A DNA stretch of 64,000 nucleotides from an uncultured Chloroflexia bacterium. GTDB taxonomy: Bacteria > Chloroflexota > Limnocylindria > Limnocylindrales > CSP1-4. The notes beneath the pieces were generated by a model. It did no database searches. It saw only the letters and a list, made by a program, of their open reading frames with translations, and was not told the origin of the DNA. The translations under genes and the position numbers were made by a program. This document shows positions 9,740 through 21,146 of the stretch, piece after piece. Positions within the stretch are counted from its first letter, which is position 1. Each line of letters starts with the position of its first letter. The stretch is taken from NCBI GenBank assembly GCA_963713975.1, contig OY970218.1, forward strand, positions 2,880,001 through 2,944,000, read 5' to 3'.

Positions 9740-10483
9740 TCAGGGCCCCGAGATCCCCTCGAGCATCGCGATCGTGGCCGCGGCCACCTGGGCCTGCTGG
9801 TCCTCGCGCGAGATGGTGGCCGGCGGATCGTTGGGCTGGCCTGCGTAGTAGCCCATCTGCTCGTGGTTGCCGCCCTCGATCGGGACGAACACGGTGTCCG
9901 GTGGCAGCTGTGCCCGGGCCTCCGGCCCGGACATGCGAGCGGCTCCCGCGTCCAGCGTCCCGTACGCCGAGACCACGGGCAGGGGCAGGGTCGAGAGGTC
10001 CGTGGCGGGGTACGACGCCCAGAACGCGAGCCCGGCAACGGTGTCGGGATGATCGGCGGTGTACTGGGCTGCCATCGACCCGCCGAGCGAGTGGCCGGCC
10101 AGCGCCCAGGTCGAGACCTCGGGATGGGCCTCGATGGCGGCGTCGGCCGCGGCGATGTCGAACACGGCGAGATTGAACGGCATGGGGGTGATGACCACCA
10201 GGTAGCCTGCCGCCGCGATCTGCCTGGCCAGCGGCCCGTAGGCCTCCGGCGGCACCTTCCCGCCGGGGTACACGACGAGCCCGGTGGAGTAGTCGCCGTC
10301 GGCGGGCGCCCATTCCAGTCGGCCGTCGTTCTCCGAGAAGGTCACCTCCGGTGTCGACGCCAGGGATGCGGTTGCCTCGGGCAGGAGCGGCTGGGGCTGC
10401 ACGTACCAGGCGAATGCCGCGACCAGGACGCCGACGAGGACCAGCAGGGCGATGCCGACGGTGCGGCGGCCGGGACGGCTCAT
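9740..10483 (-). CDS. membrane-anchored alpha/beta hydrolase (Abhydrolase_5-like)
   Basis: N-terminal TM, YPGGKV, nucleophile GHSLGG, IEGGNHEQMGYYAGQPND; ATG overlaps the upstream stop. Confidence 0.87.
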   Translation of the reverse strand: MSRPGRRTVGIALLVLVGVLVAAFAWYVQPQPLLPEATASLASTPEVTFSENDGRLEWAPADGDYSTGLVVYPGGKVPPEAYGPLARQIAAAGYLVVITPMPFNLAVFDIAAADAAIEAHPEVSTWALAGHSLGGSMAAQYTADHPDTVAGLAFWASYPATDLSTLPLPVVSAYGTLDAGAARMSGPEARAQLPPDTVFVPIEGGNHEQMGYYAGQPNDPPATISREDQQAQVAAATIAMLEGISGP

Positions 10484-11160
10484 TCGTGGTCCTGCGGGCC
10501 CGGCACGGGAGCCTCGTCGGGCACGTCTGCGGCGGCCACGCCCCACTCGTGTGCATGAGCGTCGGCTGGCTCGGGCGGGCCGTCGTAGGGCGGCAGGTCT
10601 CGACGCGGCACCGAGACGTCGTGGGTCACGCCCGGGTCGCCGGTCTCCAGGAGGCGGCTGGGAACGCCTGCCTGCTCAAGGTCGGCGAACAGCTCGTCCG
10701 GCATCCGGCTCACGTCGAGCGCGCGAAACGCCTCGAGATGGGTCACCGGGAGCAGGGCCGGGAACCCCGCCTCCCCCCGGTAGGACGGGCGCACCACCGA
10801 CGCGCGGTCCTCGCCGTGAGCGGCGATCAGGGAGGTCACGGTCTCCGCATCGACCCAGGCGAGCCGTGCCGGCCAGACCATGGCGGCGTCGGTACCCGTC
10901 ACCAGGCGGATTGCTGCATTGATCCCGTTGACGATCTGCGCGACGGGTCCGCCCTCCACGGCGGCCGGGTCGACCAGCGTCACCTCCGTGTTTGCCAGGG
11001 CGGCGGCCACCCGGCCGTCGGGATCGAACGAGCAGGCCACGATCGGGGTCGCACCCCCGGACCAGGCCGCGTTGGCGATGCGGCGGATGCCGGGCGTCCC
11101 GTCGGCATCCGCCAGGGCGGAGGCGGGGGTGGCGGCAAGGATCACGGCGGCGACGGTCAT
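10480..11160 (-). CDS. MobA/MocA-like NTP transferase domain protein, motifs degenerate
   Basis: VAAVILAA start, PSYRGEAGFPALL, ETGDPGVTHDV; lacks the GxSxRMGxxK loop. Confidence 0.7.
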   Translation of the reverse strand: MTVAAVILAATPASALADADGTPGIRRIANAAWSGGATPIVACSFDPDGRVAAALANTEVTLVDPAAVEGGPVAQIVNGINAAIRLVTGTDAAMVWPARLAWVDAETVTSLIAAHGEDRASVVRPSYRGEAGFPALLPVTHLEAFRALDVSRMPDELFADLEQAGVPSRLLETGDPGVTHDVSVPRRDLPPYDGPPEPADAHAHEWGVAAADVPDEAPVPGPQDHE

Positions 11161-11197
11161 GGCTTCTCCTCAGGCACGCCGGAGTGTAGCCGCCCCC

Positions 11198-11222
11198 GGA
11201 ACCTTTCCGGGTCGGGCGCGTT
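11198..11222 (+). promoter_or_regulatory. candidate ECF sigma promoter GGAAC-N16-CGTT upstream of the ABC operon
   Basis: GGAAC 11198-11202, CGTT 11219-11222, about 80 nt before TTG 11304. Confidence 0.45.
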
Positions 11223-11303
11223 ATTGTGCAGAGACAGGTCTGATACCGGCGACGTCATCCCACCCCTCCGAGGAGTCCAGAGCTGCGCGCTTCTGCCGAC
11301 CTG

Positions 11304-14300
11304 TTGCGGATCGTGCTCCGCAGGAGTCGGGCCGACTGGCCGGTCGTCCTGGCGTCGTGGCTCCTGCTCACGAGCGCTCTGGGGCTGCTCTCGGCGGGGA
11401 CGCTGTACACGGACGCGGTCACGCAGGCGGGTCTCTACCGTGAGCTGCGCGACGCCCCCGCCGCGGACCGGGCCATCGTGGCCCGGACCCAGGTGCTGCC
11501 GGACCGGCTCGAGACGGTGGATGCGGCGATCACCCCGGAGCTGGAACGCGTGCTCGGCCAGTCGGGCGGCGAACTGGTGCGGGTGCTGCGCTCCAGTCCG
11601 TTCGCGGACTCCGGCATTGATCCGGCGAAGGTGTCCGACCTCGCCCTGTTCGCGTCCTTCGAAGGGATCCGCGAGCATGCCCAGCTGGTCGACGGCCGCT
11701 GGCCGGACGCCGGGCAGACGCCGGTCGAGGTCACGGTCTCCGAACCGGCCGCCCGCGTCCTTGGCGTGGCGACGGGCGACCGCCTCTCGCTCACCGGTCG
11801 TCTCGACGGACGGCCTATCGAGGCACTGGTGACCGGCACCTGGCGCACCGACGCCGCGGATCCCTACTGGATCGGTGAGCCCCTGGCCCTGACCGGCTCC
11901 GAGACCGGCGGCTCGTTCACGCTCGTCGGGCCGCTCGTCGCCGAAGGCGCAGATCTCACCGGGCCGATCGCCGGGGCTCGCCCGCTCGACGCCCAGTGGC
12001 GCGCCATCCCGGCCCTTGATGGGTTCAGGCCGGAGACGCTCGATGCCGCCGCGGCCGAGGTGACCGGACTGGGCAGCACGATCAACGCCGCCCTTCCGCA
12101 ATCGAACCAGGCCACCGTCAGCACGAAGCTGCCGGCCATCCTTTCCGCGGTGGACCGCTCGGTGCTCGTGGCGCAGTCCGGGATCCTGTTGCTGCTCATC
12201 CAGTTCGCGGTGCTCGCCGGGTACGCGGTGATCCTCGTGGCCGCGCTCCTCGTGGACAGGCGGCGGGTGGAGACGGCCCTGCTTCAGGCCCGCGGTGCCG
12301 GGTTCGGCCATCTTGTCCGGATGGCCTTCGCGGAGGCGCTGCTGATCGTCGTCCCGGCGGTCGTCGCCGCGCCTTGGCTGGCGGCCCTGCTCGTCGTGGC
12401 CGTGCGCCTCAACCCGGCCCTCGACAGCGTCGGCCTTGGGACGCCGCTCCCCGGTCCCGCGACGTTCACGGTCTCGGGTCTTGCCGGCGTTCTCGCCCTC
12501 GTCGCCCTCACGCTGCCGACGCTGGCCACCGGCGTGAGCATCGCCGGCGTGCGGGCGGCCGTCAGCCGGCAGGTGGGCAGGACCCTGCCGCAACGTCTGG
12601 GCCTGGACCTCGTCCTCGTGGCCCTGGCTGCTATCGCACTGGTCCAGCTCCGCCTCTATGGGGCTCCGCTGACACGGAACACACGGGGGACGCTCGGCGT
12701 GGATCCGCTGCTCGTGGCCGCGCCGGCCATCGGCCTGCTGGCCGGAGCCGTCCTCGCGGTCCGGCTGGTGCCTCGACTCGCCGAGCTGGCCGAGCGCGTG
12801 CTGAGCCGGGGTCGTGGTCTGGTCTCTGCGCTCGGCGGGCGCCAGCTTGCCCGGCGACCGCTGCGCTATACCAGGGCGGCCCTGCTCCTCGTCATGGCGG
12901 CCGCCCTCGGGACGTTCTCGGCCGCCCATGCCGCCACGTGGACCCGCAGCCAGGCGGACCAGGCGGCCTTCGCATCCGGCGCGGACGTCCGCCTGGAACC
13001 CGGCGCGCGGGCGGCGCTGCCCGCCTGGGGTCTGGGCGAGGCGCTCCGGGCGATCCCGGGCGTCACGGTGGCCACGCCGGTCGTCGAGGCCTCGGTCAGC
13101 CTGGGCACCGCCCTTCGCGAGGGCACGCTGCTGGGCATCGACGGGCCGGCCATGGCGGACGTGGTCCGGCTGCGGGATGAGGACGCCACGGGGGCGACGC
13201 TTGACGCGCTGCGCTCCCTGGGCGACGGCCGCGCGTCCGGGCCCGGCATGACGCTTCCGGAGGGCACCCGTCGCCTGTCGGTCGTCGCCGACTCCCGGTT
13301 CGTGACACCGGAGGGGTTCGAGCCGCTGCCGGTCGGTTTCGAGGGCCTGACGGCCTCCGCCATCGTCCTTGACGGGGACGGCCGCGTGTCGCGGATCACG
13401 GCACCGCCGGCCGCCATTGACGTGGAAGGGTCGAGGGCCGAGATCCCGCTCACGCTGCCCGGCACGGCGGCGGCCCTGCGGGACCCCGTGCAGCTGCTTG
13501 GTGTGGACCTCGATCTCTCCGTCACCGGCGTTCCCAACGCGCTCGTCGCGGGTGACCTGACGGTCCGCTCGCTTGGCACGAGCCCGGACGATGCGGGCGA
13601 CGCATGGACGGAGACGCCGGTCACCGACATCGCCGGGGCGTCATGGACGCTCGACAGCGGTGGCGGGCCGATCCGGCTCGAGCCCGCGACACCGGGGCAC
13701 CTCGTCGTCGACAGCCTGAGCCCGTACCAGCGCCTCGTGTGGCGCCTGTCGACCGGCGCGGTCCCGGCTCCGGTCGTGGACGCCATCGTGAACCCGGCCT
13801 TCCTCGAGCGGTCAGGGGCGCAGGTGGGAGAGGAGCTCAAGGGCACCGTGTTCGGGCTGCCGGTCACGTTCCACCTCCGCTCGGCGATCGGTTCCTTCCC
13901 GTCCCAGCAGCCGTCCAAGCCGCTCCTCCTGGTGGATGGCGCCGCTCTCGACCTCGCCCGCTTCGCCGGTGGCGTGTCGCTGGCGCCAACCGGGGAGTGG
14001 TGGCTCGCCACGGAGCCCGGGACGTCGGCCGGGATCGCGGAGCTGGTCGGTGGTCCGCCGTACGCCGCCTCGTCGGTGGTGGACCGCTCGGCCGTGCAGG
14101 CCCGCCTGGCGGGCGATCCGCTGGCCCTCGGCGTTATCGGGATACTGGGCCTCGGGGCCGTCGCTGCGCTCGTGTTCGCGGCGATCGGCTACCTGGTCAC
14201 GACGACCGTCTCCACGCAGGAGCGCCTCGGGGAGTTCGCGCTCCTCAAGGCACTCGGGCTGGCACCGCGCCAGCTCCACGTGTGGCTCACGCTCGAGGGT

Positions 14301-14555
14301 GCCGCGCTCCTCAGCGTCGGCCTGCTGGCCGGGGTCGCGCTGGGCCTCGTCCTGGCCTGGCTGGCCCTCCCGTTCGCGACCCTCACGGCGTCGGGCGAGG
14401 CGCCGGTGCCGGCTCCGGTCGTGGTGGTGCCGCCCGGGGCGCTCGTGCCCACCGTCGCCCTCGGCCTGTTCCTCGTGGCTGCCACCGCGGTTCTGGTGCG
14501 CCGTCTCGTGCCGGCGGCGCGCACCAGCGCGGTCCTCCGCGCCCGGGACGAGTAG
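11304..14555 (+). CDS. large FtsX/MacB-like ABC transporter permease
   Basis: N-terminal TM, large external domain, RRVETALLQARGA and RLGEFALLKALGL FtsX motifs, GADVRL. Confidence 0.85.
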   Translation: MRIVLRRSRADWPVVLASWLLLTSALGLLSAGTLYTDAVTQAGLYRELRDAPAADRAIVARTQVLPDRLETVDAAITPELERVLGQSGGELVRVLRSSPFADSGIDPAKVSDLALFASFEGIREHAQLVDGRWPDAGQTPVEVTVSEPAARVLGVATGDRLSLTGRLDGRPIEALVTGTWRTDAADPYWIGEPLALTGSETGGSFTLVGPLVAEGADLTGPIAGARPLDAQWRAIPALDGFRPETLDAAAAEVTGLGSTINAALPQSNQATVSTKLPAILSAVDRSVLVAQSGILLLLIQFAVLAGYAVILVAALLVDRRRVETALLQARGAGFGHLVRMAFAEALLIVVPAVVAAPWLAALLVVAVRLNPALDSVGLGTPLPGPATFTVSGLAGVLALVALTLPTLATGVSIAGVRAAVSRQVGRTLPQRLGLDLVLVALAAIALVQLRLYGAPLTRNTRGTLGVDPLLVAAPAIGLLAGAVLAVRLVPRLAELAERVLSRGRGLVSALGGRQLARRPLRYTRAALLLVMAAALGTFSAAHAATWTRSQADQAAFASGADVRLEPGARAALPAWGLGEALRAIPGVTVATPVVEASVSLGTALREGTLLGIDGPAMADVVRLRDEDATGATLDALRSLGDGRASGPGMTLPEGTRRLSVVADSRFVTPEGFEPLPVGFEGLTASAIVLDGDGRVSRITAPPAAIDVEGSRAEIPLTLPGTAAALRDPVQLLGVDLDLSVTGVPNALVAGDLTVRSLGTSPDDAGDAWTETPVTDIAGASWTLDSGGGPIRLEPATPGHLVVDSLSPYQRLVWRLSTGAVPAPVVDAIVNPAFLERSGAQVGEELKGTVFGLPVTFHLRSAIGSFPSQQPSKPLLLVDGAALDLARFAGGVSLAPTGEWWLATEPGTSAGIAELVGGPPYAASSVVDRSAVQARLAGDPLALGVIGILGLGAVAALVFAAIGYLVTTTVSTQERLGEFALLKALGLAPRQLHVWLTLEGAALLSVGLLAGVALGLVLAWLALPFATLTASGEAPVPAPVVVVPPGALVPTVALGLFLVAATAVLVRRLVPAARTSAVLRARDE

Positions 14556-14557
14556 CC

Positions 14558-17500
14558 ATGGCCTGGATCCTCACCGCCCTGCGCCGTCTCCGCGCGGACG
14601 TCGCACCCACCGTCGGCCTGGTCATCCTGGTCCTGGTCACGGCGCTCGTGACGTCGCTGGCGCCGAGGGTCGTCGCCGCCCTCGCGGACGACGCCGTGCG
14701 GGCGGATGTGGTCGCGGCGCCCCCCGCGGCCCGCAACATCACGGTGCAGCGGCGGCAGCCCATCGGGTCGGGACCGGAGGGCGATCCCCTGGCCCCGGCC
14801 CGCGCCACGGGGACGGCGATCGAGGCCACCTTCCCGGCCCGCGTGCGGGCGCTGATCAACGCCCGGGACCTTGTCGTCGAGAGCGGTCGGTTCCGGGTCA
14901 CGAAGCCCACGACCGACCCGGCCTTCATCCGGTTCCGCATCCAGCCCGGGATCGAGGACCACCTCGAGTACGTCGAGGGACGGGCGCCGACCGGCGCCGT
15001 CGGCACGCGCGACGACGTCGGGCCCGAGTCGCAGAACGACGTTCCGGTCTACGAGGCCGGGGTCTCGGTGGCGACCGCGGAGCGCTTCGGGCTCGAGGTG
15101 GGGGAGGCGGTGCCGCTCGAGGGCGACCCGGGCGATCCGCTGATCGGCCGCACCCCGCAGGCGGTGTATGCGTTCGCGACGATCACCGGCATCTACGACG
15201 TGCTCGATCCCGACGCCGACTACTGGCTCGACGACCCGCTGCCGATCCGCCCCGTGATCCGCGCGCTGTCCTCGGAGGTCCAGCTGCTTGACGCCGCGCT
15301 CCTCCTGGACGAGTCCGCGCACACCACGCTCGCGACGTCCATGCGCGAGATCAACCGACCCCTCGCCTACACGTGGCGCTCGTTCCTGGACGACGGCGGG
15401 ATCAGCGCCCGCGACACGCCGGCGCTCATCACCGCCCTGCGACGGCTCGAGGTGCTCTACCCGTCCGCGAACGTCTCCTTTGGCGCCGACACTGCCCTGC
15501 GGACGGACCTGCTCGCGATCCTCGAGGCACACAGTGCGGCTTGGGGGGCCGCGCAGTCGACCATTGCCGTCACGGCGATCGGCCCCGCCCTGGTGGTGAT
15601 CGCCACGCTCGCCCTCGTTGCGGTGCTGGCCTCCCGCCGCCGCCGGTCCACGATGGCGCTGGCGCGAAGCCGGGGTGCCTCCGCCGTGCAGGTGACGGGT
15701 CCGACCCTCGTGGAGGGCCTGGTCATCGCGGTGCCGCCCTCGGTCATCGCCCTGGCCGCGGCCATCCTGCTCGTCCCGGGGGCCGTGGCCCGGTCCACGG
15801 CGGCCGCGGCCGCGTTGGTGGTCGGCGTCTCCGTCGCGATCATCGTGGCCACCGTCATGCCGATCGCGCGGTCGACGGGACCCGACCGACGGCCCGGTGA
15901 CCGGCAGGCGGGTCGAGTGGGCGGACGGCGCCTCGTGCTCGAAGGCATGGTCGTCGCCGTGGCGGTCGGTGCCGCGCTGCTCCTGAGCCAGCGTGGGATC
16001 CGCGGTGGCACAGGTGACACGACCGGTGGGTTCGACCCGCTGGTCGCGGCCGTGCCGGCGCTCGTGGGGATCGCGGCCGGACTCGTCGCGATGCGCGTCT
16101 ACCCGCTGGTGATGCGCTCCGTGGCCCGCCAGGCGCGCCGTCGTCGAGGGCTGGTCCCCGTGCTGGCGGCACGCCGGGCCACCGAGGGCGGATCAGGGTC
16201 GGCCGTCATGCTCGTGCTGCTTGCCACGGCCACCGTCGGGGCATTCGGGGCGGTGGCGCTGGACAGCCTGGATCGCGGCTCGGAGCTCGCGGCCTGGCAG
16301 GAGGTGGGGGCGGCCTACCGGGTGGACCCACGGTCCGGTGCACTGCCCTACGACCTCGACCCGGCGGCCCTGCCGCAAGTCGAGGTGGCGGCCACGGCCT
16401 TCGAGACCAATGCCGCGCTTCGCCTGAACGGACCCCAGACCCTGCTCGCGGTGGTCGACGCCGACGCGCTGCGCGAGGTCCTTGCCGGCACGCCGGTACT
16501 GCCCGCGTATCCCGCCGGCTTCGCCGATCCCGGCCCGGGTCCGATCCCGGTCATCATCTCGCGCACGCTCGCGGAGAGCGCGCGCGGCGTGCGGCTCGGG
16601 GAGACGTTCGAGATGAGCGTCGAGGGTCACGTGCTTGCGTACCGCGTCGACGCGATTGTCGATTCATTCCCGGGCCTGCCGCCCGACCGGGGATTCGTGG
16701 TTGCCGGGCGCGAGCGGATCGCCGCCCAGGTCCCGCAGGCCCGCATGGTGCCGGTCGTTGCCTACCTGCGGGCTCCGCCCGGAGCCGCCGGGGACATCCG
16801 TGTGGCCGTGGAGCGGGTGTCGCCCACCCTGACGGTCGTGTCCCAGGCCGAGGATGCCGCGGCCCGTCGCGAGGCCCCGGTGACGGGAGCCGTCAGGTCC
16901 ATGATCCTGGCCGCCCTGCTGGTCACCGCGGCCTACGCGGCCCTCGGGGTCTCGGCAGCGTTGGCCCTCGCCGGACTGGCTCGCACGGTCGAGGTCGCGC
17001 ACCTGCGCACGCTCGGTCTGACCGGGCGTCAGTCGTTCAACCTCCTCGCCGCCGAGCATGGCCCTACGACGGTCGTGGCGGTCGTGGCGGGCGGCGTGCT
17101 GGGCGTGGCGCTGTTCGCCCTGCTGCGACCGGCGATCGGCCTCGGGCTCCTCGTGGGGGCGCCCGTGGAGGTCCCGGTCGTGCTGGAACCCGCCGCCCTG
17201 GTCGTGATCCTGGTTGTGTTGATCGCCGTCGTCGGACTCGGGCTCGTGCTCGGGACCGCGCTCCAGCGGCGGGTGGCGCCGACAGCCGTGCTTCGAGGAA
17301 GATTTCGAGTGATGTCAGAACCGCCGCGCCTGTCCGACGACTCCGCCCCCGTGACCGAAGACCCGCCCGCGCGACTGCCCGGGCCGACCGGTGTCGACCC
17401 GCTGGCCGGCGCCGTCGTGGCCAGGGAGCCCCGACCCCGGTATGGGGACGGAGCGGTGATCGTCTGCGACGGCCTGGTCCGCATCTTCAAGCTGGCCGAC

Positions 17501-18337
17501 CTGGAGGTGGTGGCGCTCCAGGGTCTCGACCTGCTCGTCGACGAGGGGGAGATGATCGCCATCGTCGGTGCGTCCGGCAGCGGCAAGTCCACGCTGCTCG
17601 CGATCCTTGGGGGCATGGATGTCCCGTCAGCCGGCCGCGCGGTCGTCGCCGGCTACGACCTCGGCCGCATGGGCAACGCGGAGCGAACGCGCTTCCGGCG
17701 CCGCGTCGTCGGCTTCGTCTGGCAGCAGACCGGCCGCAACCTGCTCGACTACCTGTCGGCGGCGGAGAACGTGGAGCTGCCGATGCTGCTCGACGGCCGT
17801 CGGGAGCGCAGGGAGCGCGCGCTGGAACTCCTCGAGCTGGTCGGCCTCGCGGATCGTGCCGACCATCGGCCGGATCTGCTCAGCGGTGGCGAGCAGCAAC
17901 GCGTCGCGATCGCGGTGGCCCTGGCGAACGACCCAAGCGTCGTGCTCGCCGACGAACCCACCGGCGAGCTGGACAGCCGGACGTCCGGCGAGATATTCGG
18001 CCTGCTGCGGCGAGTGAACGCGGAGCTGGGGACGACCATCGTGATCGTCACCCACGACGCGTTCGTCTCCGAGCAGGTGGGCCGCACCGTGGCGATCCGC
18101 GACGGCCGCACCAGCACGGAGACCCTGCGCCGGACCGAGCAGACGGACGAAGGCGACCACCGGGTCATCAGCGAGGAGTACGCCGTCCTTGACCGCGCAG
18201 GCCGCCTGCAACTCCCACGCTCGCACGTGGAGTCCCTCGAGCTGCGCAGCCGCGTCCGTCTCCGCCTCGAGGACGATCACGTCGGCGTCTGGCCGGACCG
18301 CGCTGAACCCGGGCCGGCCGAGGAGGGGGAGCGATGA
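14558..18337 (+). CDS. second FtsX-like ABC permease, read in frame into the downstream ATPase (apparent fusion)
   Basis: ATG 2 nt after the previous stop; MALARSRGAS and VAHLRTLGL motifs; permease part ends near 17310 (PTAVLRGRF) with no in-frame stop before the ATPase. Confidence 0.75.
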   Translation: MAWILTALRRLRADVAPTVGLVILVLVTALVTSLAPRVVAALADDAVRADVVAAPPAARNITVQRRQPIGSGPEGDPLAPARATGTAIEATFPARVRALINARDLVVESGRFRVTKPTTDPAFIRFRIQPGIEDHLEYVEGRAPTGAVGTRDDVGPESQNDVPVYEAGVSVATAERFGLEVGEAVPLEGDPGDPLIGRTPQAVYAFATITGIYDVLDPDADYWLDDPLPIRPVIRALSSEVQLLDAALLLDESAHTTLATSMREINRPLAYTWRSFLDDGGISARDTPALITALRRLEVLYPSANVSFGADTALRTDLLAILEAHSAAWGAAQSTIAVTAIGPALVVIATLALVAVLASRRRRSTMALARSRGASAVQVTGPTLVEGLVIAVPPSVIALAAAILLVPGAVARSTAAAAALVVGVSVAIIVATVMPIARSTGPDRRPGDRQAGRVGGRRLVLEGMVVAVAVGAALLLSQRGIRGGTGDTTGGFDPLVAAVPALVGIAAGLVAMRVYPLVMRSVARQARRRRGLVPVLAARRATEGGSGSAVMLVLLATATVGAFGAVALDSLDRGSELAAWQEVGAAYRVDPRSGALPYDLDPAALPQVEVAATAFETNAALRLNGPQTLLAVVDADALREVLAGTPVLPAYPAGFADPGPGPIPVIISRTLAESARGVRLGETFEMSVEGHVLAYRVDAIVDSFPGLPPDRGFVVAGRERIAAQVPQARMVPVVAYLRAPPGAAGDIRVAVERVSPTLTVVSQAEDAAARREAPVTGAVRSMILAALLVTAAYAALGVSAALALAGLARTVEVAHLRTLGLTGRQSFNLLAAEHGPTTVVAVVAGGVLGVALFALLRPAIGLGLLVGAPVEVPVVLEPAALVVILVVLIAVVGLGLVLGTALQRRVAPTAVLRGRFRVMSEPPRLSDDSAPVTEDPPARLPGPTGVDPLAGAVVAREPRPRYGDGAVIVCDGLVRIFKLADLEVVALQGLDLLVDEGEMIAIVGASGSGKSTLLAILGGMDVPSAGRAVVAGYDLGRMGNAERTRFRRRVVGFVWQQTGRNLLDYLSAAENVELPMLLDGRRERRERALELLELVGLADRADHRPDLLSGGEQQRVAIAVALANDPSVVLADEPTGELDSRTSGEIFGLLRRVNAELGTTIVIVTHDAFVSEQVGRTVAIRDGRTSTETLRRTEQTDEGDHRVISEEYAVLDRAGRLQLPRSHVESLELRSRVRLRLEDDHVGVWPDRAEPGPAEEGER
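17312..18337 (+). CDS. ABC transporter ATP-binding protein (LolD/MacB type) with AbrB-like C-terminal extension; probably its own gene
   Basis: ATG 17312 after GAGGAAG; Walker [28 protein letters not shown]; tail AVLDRAGRLQLP. Confidence 0.8.
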   Translation: MSEPPRLSDDSAPVTEDPPARLPGPTGVDPLAGAVVAREPRPRYGDGAVIVCDGLVRIFKLADLEVVALQGLDLLVDEGEMIAIVGASGSGKSTLLAILGGMDVPSAGRAVVAGYDLGRMGNAERTRFRRRVVGFVWQQTGRNLLDYLSAAENVELPMLLDGRRERRERALELLELVGLADRADHRPDLLSGGEQQRVAIAVALANDPSVVLADEPTGELDSRTSGEIFGLLRRVNAELGTTIVIVTHDAFVSEQVGRTVAIRDGRTSTETLRRTEQTDEGDHRVISEEYAVLDRAGRLQLPRSHVESLELRSRVRLRLEDDHVGVWPDRAEPGPAEEGER

Positions 18338-19041
18338 CCGAGCGGTATGCCCGGCCGGGTCCGGACCAGGCGGCCATGGTCGTGGCGAAGGGCCTGGTGC
18401 GCGACTACGAGACGGGTCTCACCGTCGTGCACGCGCTGCGGGGGATCGACCTGCACGTGGCGCGGGGCGAGCTGCTCGCGGTGCGCGGCCGGTCCGGGTC
18501 GGGCAAGACCACGCTGCTCAACCTGCTCGGAGGCTTGGACGTGCCTACGGCCGGCACGGTCACCGTGGACAGCACGGAGGTCACCGGCCTGGACGAGAAC
18601 GCGGCCGCCGGGGTGCGGCGGCACACGATCGCGTTCGTGTTCCAGACGTTCGGGCTGATCCCGATCCTGACGGCGGCGGAGAACGTGGAGGTCCCGCTGC
18701 GACTGGTGGAGGCTGAGCCCCGGGAGCGGGACCGCCGGGTGGCGGAGCTGCTGGAGCTCGTCGGCCTGGACGCGCGCGCCGCGCATCGCCCGCACGAGCT
18801 TTCGGGCGGCGAGCAGCAGCGGGTGGCGATCGCCCGGTCGCTGGCCAACCGGCCGAAGCTGCTCCTGGCCGACGAGCCGACGGGCCAGCTCGATTCCGAG
18901 ACCGGCCGACGGATCATGTTGCTCATCCGGACCGTGGTCCGGGCGGAGGGTGTCACCGCGGTGGTCGCGACCCACGATCCGATCATGCTGGAGGTTGCGG
19001 ACCGGGTGATCGAGCTGCTGGACGGCCACCTCGTGAGCTGA
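18334..19041 (+). CDS. ABC transporter ATP-binding protein (LolD/MacB type)
   Basis: [35 protein letters not shown]; ATGA overlap. Confidence 0.93.
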   Translation: MTERYARPGPDQAAMVVAKGLVRDYETGLTVVHALRGIDLHVARGELLAVRGRSGSGKTTLLNLLGGLDVPTAGTVTVDSTEVTGLDENAAAGVRRHTIAFVFQTFGLIPILTAAENVEVPLRLVEAEPRERDRRVAELLELVGLDARAAHRPHELSGGEQQRVAIARSLANRPKLLLADEPTGQLDSETGRRIMLLIRTVVRAEGVTAVVATHDPIMLEVADRVIELLDGHLVS

Positions 19042-19077
19042 CCGGCTGGCGTGCATGCCGCAGGCGGCTTGTGCGCG

Positions 19078-19130
19078 GGGTTCGCCGAGCGCCCCGGGTT
19101 CGCCGAGCGCCCCGGGTTCGCTGAGCGCCC
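19078..19130. repeat. intergenic 18-bp tandem repeat x3 (GGGTTCGCCGAGCGCCCC)
   Basis: Copies at 19078-19095 and 19096-19113 identical; 19114-19130 has one substitution and is one base short; no spacers. Confidence 0.9.
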
Positions 19131-19163
19131 GATCCGGGCGCATGTGCGACACTCTCGCAGCCC

Positions 19164-21098
<1,935 letters not shown>

Positions 21099-21146
21099 CG
21101 CACGGTTCGTCGCCCGCCCGCAGCCGTGCCCTTTGTGCTGTTAGCT

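Noticed and set aside
13604-14557. N-terminal 318 aa of the 1577-aa ORF
   Set aside because: Overlaps the first permease in another frame and is R/G/P-rich; the real start is ATG 14558.
19078-19130. CRISPR array
   Set aside because: Direct tandem 18-mers with no spacers and no cas genes.
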